Shown: one piece after another, positions 37,148 through 49,583 of the stretch
Layout: the number at the start of each line of letters is the position of its first letter
Position numbering within the stretch: position 1 is the first letter of the stretch
Assembly: GCF_036321535.1 (NCBI RefSeq)
Contig: NC_087438.1
Location: 12,340,001-12,404,000, forward strand
Source of the DNA: Camelus dromedarius
Lineage: Eukaryota
Reading direction: 5' to 3'
DNA: 64,000 bases
Translations under genes and position numbers: made by a program
Notes under the pieces: model-generated
Databases searched by the model: none
Seen by the model: the letters and a program-made list of their open reading frames with translations, nothing else
Told to the model about the DNA's origin: nothing

Positions 37148-40100
37148 TATTTCCCTAGGACAGTTAAACTGGGGTAGACTACTAACATGGTAAATCCCTG
37201 CTTTTTGTTTGATTTTTCTAAATGGAAAACCTTTAAGTGAAGTGGGATGATAAATTATTCACTGAGACACGTAAGAGAACAGAGAGCTTAGTAAACTTCC
37301 ATCCAAGCTGAGACCTGAAGATCTGATATCTCTGAAAAATCTGAAAATTAAGCGTGAGTCCTTCTCATTAATTGTAATTTTCTAGGCATGTTGCCCCAGC
37401 TAAGGAGGATAACAAAGTTAACCTCTGGATCTGGAGTGTCTCGTTCAGGTCTGTGACTACTTCGCTAATCCGTGGCTCCCATGGCGCTTGCTGGAGCAGT
37501 TCGGTCATCTTGCGAGTGCTGTCTCTCGTCCGCGTGAGCTCCCCTCCACTCCATTCTGGTGACAGGGACCTATTTAAAGTGCACTCTGATCACTTCAACT
37601 CTAAGCACTTGTGTATGTTTGTATACACCTGCACGTGCATTTTAAACTAGTGTCTGTGGCTAAGCCCAGAAAATACCAAGGTGGACAGTAGTGCAAAAGT
37701 GGGTCTCGCCCTCAGGGAGCTGACAAATTAATGGATGGATCTAAGTAACTTAATTTATTTGAATGATTCAAAAAAGTTAAAAAATTCTCCTTATGTATTT
37801 TGTTAACTAACACTCGAATAACAATGCAGAATACAAATTTCTTTTTGCCGAAGTAAATAAACATTGTCAACAGCAAGACCTCACGGCAGGTTCACTTTAT
37901 CCACAGGGGTGCCAAGTTTTGTTTCAAAGCTTTTACATTCTTGTAGCAACTTGTATAACAATATGGCTGGAAACAAGTCAGCCCTGATGGTGTGGGAAAA
38001 CCTAACACAGTTGATCAGATCTAAAATGCCAGAGATGAGAATTCTGTTTTAAGTGTAGAGGTTACCGGCCCCGGAGGGGAAGCGAATGTCAAACTTCATA
38101 CGTTTGTGTGAAGTAGTGCTTGTCCTTCAAAGAAGTTTTTAGTGGAGAAAGTGCTGGCTTTTCTTCTAGGACATGAAAAACACTTGTCACCATTTGATAT
38201 TTGACTGTTAACACTGCTGTCAGGATTGCTGTCAGGATGCTAGAAGTTACACTGTATATACTGATGCCGCACAATTTTTCATCAGAAGATAAAGTGAATA
38301 ATAATGGTATTATTCATAAGTGTATTTCCCCAGCATATCCGTGTGGGGTTCATCAAACTTGACTATATAACATGTTTGTTAACTAATGCTGATTATTTCT
38401 CAACAGTAGAAACAATTTATATTTTCCTTAAATACATTAGGAGTTGTGCAACTCCTGTCGATCTCCTTTCAATTTCCGGGATTTCATAAACTCTGAATGA
38501 ATGATTTCTACTTTTGGGTGAAATAAATGTTTTATGCTCCTACACTGAGCTTATAAGGCAAAGAGCAGAGCTGAACAAGATATTTAACTGGGATGCAAAA
38601 CTAAAGGAAATTCAGGCATTATTGTTTTCCCCCAATTGAAAAATCTTTAGATGAAGTGGGATGAGAAATTACTGGAAACAACCCAGAGAATATAATGATC
38701 CAATAAGCTTTCGTAAGTTTAAGATTGAATACATAGAAATCTGAAAGGTTGGAAAATTAAATATGAAGTTTTTTTTTTCTTTCAATTATGCTTTTCTAGG
38801 CGTGTTCCCCAAGTGAAAGGCAGTGCCACAGGATGGCTCAGGGCTGCTTGGTTGGCTCTGATATTCACACCCTGAGGGTCTGGGCTTCACCTCCATTTGT
38901 CTCAGTTTGTTCTCTGTAAAATGGGTGGCATTAGCTGCATGTCCCTCCTTGCGTCGTAAGGAGGATTAACTCCAATAACACAGGCAAAGCCCTTTGAATA
39001 GAGTCTGGCAGAACTTGGCTCAGAGTCAGTGGCTCTACAAATTTTAAATACCTTGATTCTGTATTCTGTCTGATAGGACCTCAGCACGGACTTTTTATGG
39101 AGGTTAGCCTTGGCACCAAATGAGTGTGGAAGAAATCAAAACAAGAACGTGGGGATAATGATATAACATAAGGAGTGATAGTTTAAGTTAGATGCCAGAC
39201 ACTGTTGGGGCAGGCATCTTTCTGATTTCCAAACAGAGCTGATGTGTGATTAGGCTGTCTTTCTCAAGAAAGCAAGCTACAGTAACTCTTACACAGTCCC
39301 CTTCTGTTATTGTTTCATGCGTGACTATGCAAACAAAGATAGGAAAGCTTCCAGTAAGCAACCTAAATATTTGCTTCAGAGGAATTTTAACTTAGTTGTC
39401 CTGTCTTAGTTTCCTTGAGAACTGCTTCAATGTAATTTATCTTTTTTGTTTGACAGAAGCAGATTAGAAAGTTTTAAAAATAGGAATATAAAGGAATTCT
39501 TCTATATATTCCAAAAGATTAAATGTTACCTTAGCAAATCTATTCAAAACCCTTGGAACCACAGCCGAATCTGCATTGTGCTTGTGTGGAATAAGTCCTC
39601 CGAAGAGCATCACCTGAATGTTAGGGATGATGTCTTGAAAGTTCACAGGTGTCAGTTCTAGTCTTCCTGCTAATTCAGCTTCTGTGTTAATTGGAGGAAG
39701 AGTTTACCCTTTTGGACACAAGACAAGCATGACCGCATCCAAGGGACAGCTGCCATTCACTAAAGTCTCTTTGACCAGAGGTCACTTTGTGGCAGGTGGA
39801 GTTCAACCAAGAAGTGGTGTTTGTCTCCCATGTTAGTGGTGATTCCTGCTCTGAAAGAACCGTCTGGAATTTCCTGATGTCAGGAACACTACTGTGAAAA
39901 ACTTAGTCTCCTCAATTCCACTAATGACCCAAACCGCTCCTGGCATCATCCTCCTGAAATCCAGGACCCAGCTCTCTGCTCCTTATATCGAATACTAGAA
40001 ATTTAACTTCTTGGTTCTTCTAGAATTCAGGCTTCCCGTCAATAACCATCAGGAACATGAGCTCCTTAAGTTAAAAGTCCCTGTAGATTCTGGGGATAGT

Positions 40101-42114
40101 TTATAAAGCAGACTGATGTTGACAATGTTAACAATAATACTGAGAAAAATAATGTTGGGACTATTAAAATATTTCAGAGTGCGTCTCTTTAAGTACCAGG
40201 ATAAAAGGAAATAATTCATCTCTCTTGAGCAGGTAGAGATGAAATTTTAAATGAAATATTTAAGTATTCAGCTATGTAGCAGTCATGACTGGAAACAACC
40301 CCAAGAAATAGGAAAATGCAACTGATAAGGAAGTTTCTTTCCAATAGCCACAATTCTGAAGTAAAGTAAAACGGTGAGCAGAAGAAACCAGAGAAATGGA
40401 TCGTTTTACTGGATTAAAATGATACCATCTTCCTGGGTCGTTTGGATGATAACAGCTATTGAGTCGGTTTAGTTTAGTTTAGTTCAATTAAGGTTAGTAG
40501 GAACCTCCTACTTTAAACCAGTGGGGGAAGGAGTAAAAATTTCCATATTCACCAAAGTTTTGCTTCTGAAGAGATGAATTCAGTCACCTTTACCTTGGCA
40601 AACAGGCTGTCCCCATATTGAGCCAGAGGAAAACTATCCTAATGAAAGCAGACAAGTAACAGATGTTTTGAAGAATTGGAGGGTAAGTCAATGGATGCTG
40701 CCAATCTCCAGACTACCTCGTCTGTCACTCTGAGTCTTCTGTTTAGACAGCAAATATCCCACCTGCAGCCACTAAGCTGACCTCCCAGATCAGCTGACTA
40801 GGCAGCCAGGAATCCCCAAAGGGAAAAAAAAATTCTTGCTAAACTGGTTTCCTGGCTCACTTTGATTTGAATGAGACTTCATTCTTTAAGAGGAAGAAAG
40901 AGAGAAGAGAAAAATCCAAGGTTGTGCTCCTTGTCTTTTAACTTCAGGGGAATAGTGTAGCTAAGTTACAAAATCAAGTCCAAACGGGTGGGGCTCCCGA
41001 AACTTCCCAAATGGGGAAAATTCAAATAGATACATTTCACATTGCAGATCGAGTCTTCTACGTGAAGAAGAAGGTAAATTTGAGAAGACAACATCAAGAA
41101 CCGATAGGCAAGAACTATTCTTTAATGGAGGAATGGGAGGGATTTGCAAATAGCCAGGAGCTAAGTCTTTTCTGCTTTGAAATTGTGAAGTCCTGGAGCC
41201 TCTGCCTGAAAGTCAAGGCAGGTGTCAGGAGTGTACAGATCCAAGAGGAAGCAATTGGGATGGGAGAGATCCTTTCCCAAAGTTGGTCTCTCCTCTTTCT
41301 AAATTGTATTGTGGAAGCATTTTTCAAAAATATAAAAATTGGCACAAATAAAAGGCGGCATTTGGGGTTTACAGAGGGCACTGTGTGGTGGTGGGTGTGG
41401 TTGGAAACACCAATGGAACACTTTCCTGGAGTTAATCCCTTACTGGCCAGAGCCCCAGCTTTGGCAATTTATGGGGATTCCCCTCGTACTAGAATGACAC
41501 TTTGGCCCAAATACATCTTGCATTTTGTCCTAGACCAAGTATCATTTCGATTTTCTCATCTTATTCTTTGTGTTCAGCGAAGTGACCAAATTACTCTCTA
41601 AAAAATTCTTTGGTGTACATTTCTTTAATACCTAGTTTCTGGAGACTTTATTTTCTATATTTGTGGATTCTTACAGAAACTTCGGTTATTACCCTCATTT
41701 CCTGAGGAGCCTGAGGCTCTCTGCCCGGTGGCATGGTACCAAGAATAGAAATATCCCTTCTGGCTTCTGGGCCAGTGCTCTGAATTATTTCCCATGCTTG
41801 CCTTCTTGGCTACTTGCACCAGTGATTAAGGATATTTTTATGACAATAAACTTCTTCACATCAGAATTCTAGAGTTTTCACTTGGCTGTCTTTGTAGGCA
41901 CAGTTTGTAAGGGAAAGTACTCCATTTATGTGTTTATTCATTCATTAACCAATATTTATTAAACATCTATTGTGTGCTGGGCAGTCTTCTAGGTTCTAAG
42001 GAGGTACTCATGATCAAAATAGGCGAAGATCTCTGCCTTCATAGAATTTACATTTTTAGTGCGTGGAGGCATACCACAAACAAGACAGACAGGGAAAATG
42101 TACGGGACGTTAGA

Positions 42115-42617
42115 AGTGGGGAGGAAAAAATGTTTTCCTCTAGCTTCAGTAAGTGAGGTCTGTGAACTAAACTGACAGGAGACAGATAAGCAGGAGAAAA
42201 GGAATCCATATTTTATTAATATTTAAAATTTTACATGTATGGGGGCTTCACAGAAAAGCAATGAAAAACCCAAAGATGGGTTAGACTCAGGGACTTACAT
42301 ACTATTTTAACAAAAGGTGATAAATTGTGGAGAAGTGACTACACAAAGGAAAGGGGTTTGGGGCTTGTAGGGCCAATGAATTCTGGGAAGTGGAAGTACA
42401 GACGTACATGGGGGAAGCTAAGGTAGCCAGGCTTGTTTACTGAGGTTTGTTCCTGCAGGCTGGTCTTGGTGACATGGCTGGTGACTGGGATTTTTCTCCT
42501 CTTCCTGGACTGGGAGAGGGGGACCCCGGTGTCTGCTTTTTCTCAGTTGCCTTCAGCTTGGGGTAACCCTTATGCCTGAGTGACATATTTTGAGGTAGCA
42601 TATTCTGATCCCCTTCA
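42115..42617 (-). mobile_element. ERV1 solo LTR (MER34/MER39-like)
   Basis: GGGGAGGAAAAAATGTTTTCCTCT start and CATATTTTGAGGTAGCATATTCTGATCCCCTTCA end. Confidence 0.8.
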
Positions 42618-43252
42618 GGATAACAGGGTGGGGAAAAGGATGGGACGAGAGATGGTTTGTAATTTTAGATAGAGTGCTCAGGGAAGATTTGATAGACTGA
42701 GCAGGGTAAGATTTGAATCAAGACCTTAAAGAAGAGAGGGGGCCAGCCTTGAGGGTGATGAGGAAGAGCATTCCAGGCAGAGAGGACAGCGGATGCAAAG
42801 GCAGAAGCGGGAGAGGTAGGGGAACTCAAGGAGGCAGAGCAAGTGAGCCAGGAAGATGAGGAGGGAGACAGAGGGGGAAGGATGTGGCCGGCATGGACAC
42901 ACACACGTACATGAGATGGGAGACTGTTGGACAGTTTTGATCAGAGGAGGGTGTGATGTGACTGACATGTGTTAACAAGATCACTCTGATTTCAGGGTTG
43001 AAAATACATTGCTGGGTGACCCAGCTGGGAGCCTGAAGCCAATAAGGGGACTTGTGGGTTACCCAGGCAAGAGATGGTGGTGGCTTGGACCGAGGATGTG
43101 GCAATGGGGGAGGTGGATGGTGGTCAGATTCTGTATCTGTTTCTCAGGAGAGGTGACAAGATTTGTTGACGTATTAGATGTGGGGTGTGGGAGGAGAGTC
43201 AAAGGTAACTTCTGAGTTTTTGCCCGAGCACCCGTAAGAATGAAGTTGCCAT

Positions 43253-43839
43253 GGTAGGGGAGGAAAAAGAACTTTCCCTTTATCCTTCTGAATTCTAGGC
43301 TGAGACCTACCCCCAACCCCCATAATTAAAGACAGATTAACAAGAAGGAAAAACAAACCAGTTTAGTAACATGTCTACCTTAGGCATATGTTGGAAAACC
43401 TAGAGAAAATGAATAATTCAAAGAGATGGCTTTGGAATTCAGGCTTAAGTACCATCTTAATAAGGAAAAGGGAGGGAGGATGTTGGCCTCTTAGGTGAGA
43501 GTGAATGATTTATAGGAAAGATAAATGGGTCCTTAGAAGTCCAGATAGGAGGTTTGGTAGATTGTGATGGAGTCTGCTTGGATGTGGTGTCGACTTTCAG
43601 TCTCCTGACCTGTGATGAGTCAATCTTCTCTGATGAAGGAATCTTTGAGGATCGAGTTCCTTTTGGAGGATGTGTCTTTAGGCAGATAAGAGAAGTTCAG
43701 AGAAAGCCTCTCTCTGCATTTGCTGTTTTTCCAGTGGCTACAACTCCAAATGATCCCTATGCCAAGCAGCGTATTTTCAGGTGGCACGTCCTTAATTCTT
43801 ACGGTCATATTTTGGGGTGGTATGCTCCGCTGCCCTTCA
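43253..43839 (-). mobile_element. ERV1 solo LTR (MER34-like)
   Basis: Perfect CCAT TSD (43249-43252 / 43840-43843). Ends CATATTTTGGGGTGGTATGCTCCGCTGCCCTTCA. Confidence 0.88.
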
Positions 43840-44179
43840 CCATTTACTGAGACTGATGAAGGTTCTGAGAGAAATTGGTTGGTTGTGGGGGGTAGTTATC
43901 AGGAGCTCAGTTTTGTATACATTAAATGTGAGACAATTATTAGATATCCCACTGGAAGAATCAAAAATACAGTTGGATATATGAGTTGAAAGCTCAGAGA
44001 AATCAGAGCTGGAGATGTTTGGAACACATCAGCATACTGATATCTGAAACCATGAGACCAGATGTGCTGACCAAGGAAGAGAGTACAGCTCTAGAGTTAG
44101 AAGATCTGGGTCCAGATTTCAACGTCAACATCTGTGGCCCCATAACCAACCTCACTTCATTATCTGTGATGTGGTTATG

Positions 44180-44516
44180 TGCTGTGGACTGAACGTGTAG
44201 CCCACAAATTCATATGTTGAAATCCTAACCGCCAATGTGATGGTACTAGGAAGTAGGTCGTGAGGGTGGAGACCCCTTGAATGAGATAGTGCCCTTAAAA
44301 AAGAGACCCCAGGGGGCTCCCTCACCCTCATACGCCCTGTGAGAACACGGAGGGATGACATCTGTGAAGCAGGCAGTGGGCTCTCATCAGACACTGAATT
44401 TGCAGGCACCTTGACCTTGAACTTTCCAGCCTCCAAAACTATGAGACATAAGTACTTGTTGGTCAAGCCACCAGTCTATGGTAATTTTGTTATAGCAGCC
44501 CAAATGGACTAAGACA
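44180..44516 (+). mobile_element. MaLR LTR (MLT1A-like)
   Basis: TGCTGTGGACTGAA..AAATTCATATGTTGAAATCCTAACC...GTTATAGCAGCCCAAATGGACTAAGACA. Confidence 0.9.
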
Positions 44517-47119
44517 CTCTGACGATATTAGCATCACAGTGGTACCTTTGGATAAATCTAACGTGGTACTTGATGCTGAATAAATGTTGGTTAAATATTG
44601 TCAGTGAATAAATAACTAGAGTTCCATTCCCTACCCAACAAACAACACTTGTTCTACTTGTCAGTTAACTCTTCATTTTAACTATCTCTCATTCACGACC
44701 CTGGATTCTGGAATGAGGAACAGGTTGGGATAGGAGGGCAGAAATTCCACTGGATAAATAAGGTGCTATTAACTGAGCATTTACTATGTGTCTGGGGCTG
44801 TCTTATCTCTTTACATGCATTATCTGATTTTATTCTCACAGAACCCTAGAAGATAGTTACCATTAAGTCCCCAGTTTTGCAGTTGAGAGTAGGTAGTGTA
44901 CGTACCCAAGGTCATGGTGGATAAAAACCAGAACTTGGACCAGGATCCGGTTCCAACTGACTCCAAAGCTTTATCATTATTCTGCACTCTCCACCATGGT
45001 AGAGGAGGGAAGGGGTCTCCTAACTCTGGTCAGTGACACTTCTTAGTCTTAACTCCATTCACCTGTTACCCTGCATTTTCATTCTTAGTCCAAGGTGACA
45101 CAGCTGCGAAGTGACTGACGGGAACAAACGTCAGCCGAGGTCTTCCCACAAGGCCAGGTTCCATGTTCTATACCACAGCAGTCATTCTGATAATCAGTAA
45201 GGCACACCTCCGCCCCCTTCTTCTCCCCGAATATAAACATAAATAGAGAAACATCTTACATAAAAATCTATGGTTAATGGTTCCATTTACTCTTCTCATG
45301 TCTTCACTTGGCCTCTAAATGGTGCATTTTTAAACCCTGGCCATGGTTTTGAAAACACCTGGAGAGTTTAAAAAAAAAATCACAGAACCTGAGACCCTAC
45401 CCCAGACCAATTCAATCAGATGAGGCCAGGGCAATGGTCTTTATTATTTTTTAATCTATTTTTGAAAATCTGCACAATTTTAATGTGCAGACAAACCTAT
45501 GAATGACCAGCTTATAGGACAGGACCAAGCCAAGTCAAATGCAGGTGCAAATCATGACCATTTAGCTATACCAAGAATAGAGGTAAAAAGTACATTAAAA
45601 AATTCTAGTATTTTTCCTGATCCCAAACACTAACCTGCAGGGTAGGCCACACCCATCACAATCTGGAGCAGGTAATTAAATTGAATATGTCCCTAAAATG
45701 ACCCTGATTAATAAGCCTTTTTGTTGAGAACAAATACTTTGAGGACAAGAGGAGAAATTCAAATTACTTGGGGTATTTTGTGCCAGATACAGGAAGCACC
45801 ATAGAGCGAGAAGGGGGACTGAGGGGGTGAGTTCTCTGGCAGTGATAATCCACAGCTCGCCTTTGCAGGAGAAAAGAGATGGAACTGTGGGTGCTCTGGA
45901 CGGCTGCTGGGAATGTAGCGGAGACAGGTACAGGGTTGCAGTTATGGATGTTTCCATGTCCCCTTTGTTCACCCCATCCTGTCCTTGGGGCCAGTCCCAG
46001 GTTCCAGCAGGAGTGGAGGGTTGTCTGAGCAAATCTAGGCAGGCTCAGCGGCAAGGGCAGTGTCCCGTGGTCAGCAAGCCCACTGAGCTGCAAATTCATT
46101 CTGGGACAGTCATCCCAGGACGACTGACCTTTGGAGATCGCTGACCTGCATACCTGTGCAAACTTGCTTCTAGAAAAGGTACCTTAATTTTATTTAAAAA
46201 AAAATTTAGAGTCCTTGAAATATCTTCTTTACCTATTTATCTTTTCTAATATGTCCTTTTGGGGGCTGTGGCATTGTTTAAAAGCTTTTATTGTTCTTCT
46301 TCTTTATGTGGAGATCTGACGGGTAAAAAATCTTACTTCTTGCAGAGTAGACATATGAATATTGCTGATGACATAAAATGATGTGGTTACTGCTGGATTT
46401 AGAATTGACTGCACACGGCACTTAGAATCTGGCTGGTTTGTCAGAGGAAGAGGAAGAAGAGTCTTTGAGTTAGTGGCTGCGTTCCATTCCTCCCAATCTA
46501 ATAGCCCTTAGCACACTTCAGATAAACCAGCTCACTAAATGCAAACGCAAGTCCTGAGCCAAAGTCTCTTCCGGGCCTCCGTCCAGGCAGGTGTCTACAG
46601 GCGTGATCTATGAGCGTGAGTGGGCAGATTGGGTCTTCTTCCATTATTGTTTGCCCAAGAGACTACTATGGCTCCGTACTCCCCATCTTTGGGAGTTCTT
46701 GACGTCCAAGGACTCAGACTTAATAAATGAAGGTATCGGGCCTCGGTGCACGTCTTCTGCTTGCTTCCCCGACCTGGCTTTAACCGGGGGGTGGTCTGAC
46801 CGCGCCATAAGCCAGCTGAGGGATGAGGCAGGAGGACCACGCCTGCGCCCTGGCAGCCCTTCTGAGGTTCCAGGAATCGTTCATCGCAAATGTCTTGCTG
46901 GACTCTAAAGCTCATCCTTGAGGACCAAGAAATCTATATATTTTAAGTAGCATTGAATTTCAGAATCCAGTTAATGCACCATCTCTTACAGACTAATAAA
47001 CCAGAATAATGTGCCTAAAATGGTAGATGCCTATAGAAACCTGCTTCACCAGCCAGAATGTGCACCGTTAGTTACTTCCTTTTTGGTATAATGCACAGAA
47101 TTGTGGGTGTTCTGTTATA

Positions 47120-47690
47120 GTTTGCTTATTCTTTTTCATAATCATTGTAACACTATAAAATATACAAGCAGTATGAAATTGTATACGGATAGTTTAAACA
47201 ACAGTCGATGAACAGCTTTTAAACCACTGTCTACCCAAGAAATAGAACATCATGGGTGCCCCAAAGCTCCCTGTGTGATTCAGTTAGATTGTGTATCCTT
47301 TCCCACCCTCACCCCCCTCCCCAATAACCACTGTCCTAAATTTTGTGTTAATCTCACCCTTACTTTTTATTGTGTGTTTGTGTATAACCACAACATGAGT
47401 TTATCAGGAAATAATGTATTTAGTTTCCCCTGCTTTTGAACTTTATATGAAATAATCCTCCACAATTTGCTTCTTTGGCTCGATCTTTTTTTTTTTTGAA
47501 ATTCAGCCGCATTGATGCATGAAAACTGATCTATTCATTTTTGCTGCTGTGCAATATTCCATGGTCTGGAAAACCCATGACTTTTAATCATTCTACTGTT
47601 GATGGATACTTGTATTGTTTTCTTTATGAAAAACACTGCTAAAAACATCTGTGAACGTGTTTCCTGGTGCACATGTGTCAAGTTGGATTT
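47120..47690 (-). mobile_element. Old L1 (L1ME-like) 3' fragment
   Basis: AAGAAATAGAACAT..AATAACCACTGTCCTAAATTTTGTGTTAATC..TTCATTTTTGCTGCTGTGCAATATTCCAT. Confidence 0.7.
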
Positions 47691-47915
47691 TGATAGCTCT
47701 TTGTTTACCAAACTCCTTTGATTGAGAAATCATCAGGCAATGAGAAAAATTCTCAAGAGTAGAGCTGCCAAACATTTCCCCTATTTTTAAAAAGTGGGAA
47801 GAGGTGGAATCCGGAATATACTGAAACAATGAGCGTGATGAGGAGTCTTGGTAAAACTCACAAGAAGAAAATTAGATGTGATTTGTTCTTAAGAGTGCTT
47901 GGAAAGACAATGAGC

Positions 47916-48070
47916 GGGGAGGATATAGCCTAGTGGTAGAGTGCATGCCTAGCATACGTGAGGTCCTGGGTTCAATCCCCAGCACCCTGATGGAAAAAAA
48001 AAGTAAACCTAATTATCTCCCCCTCCCACAAAAATGATTAATTAATTAATTAAAAATTTTTTTAAAAAAG
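47916..48070 (+). mobile_element. Vic-1-type camelid tRNA-derived SINE
   Basis: A box TAGCCTAGTGG, B box GGTTCAATCCC, family tail AAACCTAATTATCTCCCCC, and an AT-rich 3' end. Confidence 0.88.
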
Positions 48071-48574
48071 AAGAAATAAAATGAAGTGCCTGTGACTTAG
48101 TGTCATGTCGCTAAAAATAAGCTACAACAAATTAGTTTAATCAAAGCCTTTGGGAGAGTCACTGCTCTTGGATGTTCAGGCAATGCTCCATTTACCTTAT
48201 TTTCCTATGAGTGTCCTGTGAGGCTCTGTATAGATTCCCTGTCACAGGGCTGTTCAGTGAGGCTTATATTTACTTGTTTCCATGTCAGCTTCTCTGAACT
48301 ACAAGCTCTGGTGGGCAGGGATCTTATCCTGATCATCTAACAAAGAGTGCTTGACTCCAGCTGGTGCTTCCTAGAGGTTTGTTGAATGAATTCTCCCCTT
48401 CAAGGCCAAGACCAGGAGCATAAGATCGAAGTGGCACAGGCAGGAGGACCAGCAGTTTTGGAAACATCATATCCAATGATTATTGATTAAAAGATAAATA
48501 ATCTAGTTAGAAAACCTCCATTTAAGCCTTTGCCTTGCTCAATTTTTTTGAGAGTTCAGATGGGTTTATTTGCT

Positions 48575-49175
48575 TTATATGACAACTTCACTGAGATATT
48601 ATTTATATACCACACAATATACCTATTTAAATTGTACAAGCCAATTTTTTTTTGTAATTGCGAACATCACCACCATCAGTCTTAGAATATTTTCATCACT
48701 GCAAAAAAAAAAAAAACCTTTATCTATTAGCATACCCTCCCAACCTCCCCAGCCTGGGCAACCACTAACCAACTTTCAGTCTCTATAAATTTGCATATTC
48801 TGGTTATTTCACATAAAAGGAGTCATACAATATGTGCTCTTTTATGACTGGCTTCTTTCACTTATCATGATATTTTTAAGGTTTCTTTATGTTGTAGCAC
48901 ATATTATTACCTTTTTATTGCTGAATAATATTCTCTTCTATGAATATAGATGTTTTGCTTACCCAGTCATCAGTTGACGGACATTTTTCCCACTTTATTA
49001 CTATTTTGAATAATGCTGATATGAACATTTGTGTACAAGTTTTTATGTAGAAGTATGTTTTCATTTCTCTCTGAAATATTTTTGTTTTACTTCTTTTCTC
49101 TTGGGCATATGTTTGAGTGAGATTCCTGGGTCATATGGTAACTCTAAGTTTAACCTTTGAGGAACTTGTCTTGGA
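48575..49175 (-). mobile_element. L1MB/L1MA-like 3' fragment
   Basis: CAGCCTGGGCAACCACTAACC..TGACTGGCTTCTTTCACTTA..TGAACATTTGTGTACAAGTTTT..GGGTCATATGGTAACTCTAAGTTTAACCTTTGAGGAAC. Confidence 0.88.
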
Positions 49176-49270
49176 TAACATTTTAATAAGCAATTTAGGT
49201 GAAGATAAGATTTATAATGATTAAATTTGTGAATGGTATAAATCTGCAAGGAATCACTGCTTTAGGATGG

Positions 49271-49583
49271 CAATGCTCAATATGGTAGCCACTAGCCACA
49301 TGAGACTGCTGTGCACTTGAAGTGTGGTTAGTCTGAATTAAGATGACTTACAAATGTACACAATATACTGGATTTAAAGTCTTAGTATGAAAAATGTAAA
49401 TTATCTCATTAGTAATTTTTTATACTGGTTATAGGTTGACATACTAATACGTTGAAGGCATTGGGGTAAATAAAATATATTAAAATTAATTTCGCCTACA
49501 TTTTTTTTTGCTTTTTCAATGTGGCTACAAGAAAATTTACAATACCATAAGTGCTGCATGTCCTGTTTCTATTGGGCAGTGTT
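49271..49583. mobile_element. MER33-like hAT-Charlie element
   Basis: AATATGGTAGCCACTAGCCACATG...TAAATAAAATATATTAAAATTAATTTC...AATGTGGCTACAAGAAAATTT...TTTCTATTGGGCAG. Confidence 0.85.

Larger units (their letters stand above)
41930..44090 (-). mobile_element. Long L2 copy interrupted by two LTRs
   Basis: TTCATTCATT 3' end at about 41937, plus GGAAGAGCATTCCAGGCAGAGGACAGC. GAATGAAGTTGCCAT|TTACTGAGA rejoins across the second LTR. Confidence 0.85.

Noticed and set aside
41011..41601. Longest ORF in the track (196 aa)
   Set aside because: No recognisable protein similarity or supporting gene structure. An ORF this long can arise by chance in 64 kb across six frames.
47916..47990. tRNA-like sequence
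   Set aside because: It runs into a SINE-specific tail and has disrupted stems, so it is a SINE head rather than a tRNA gene.
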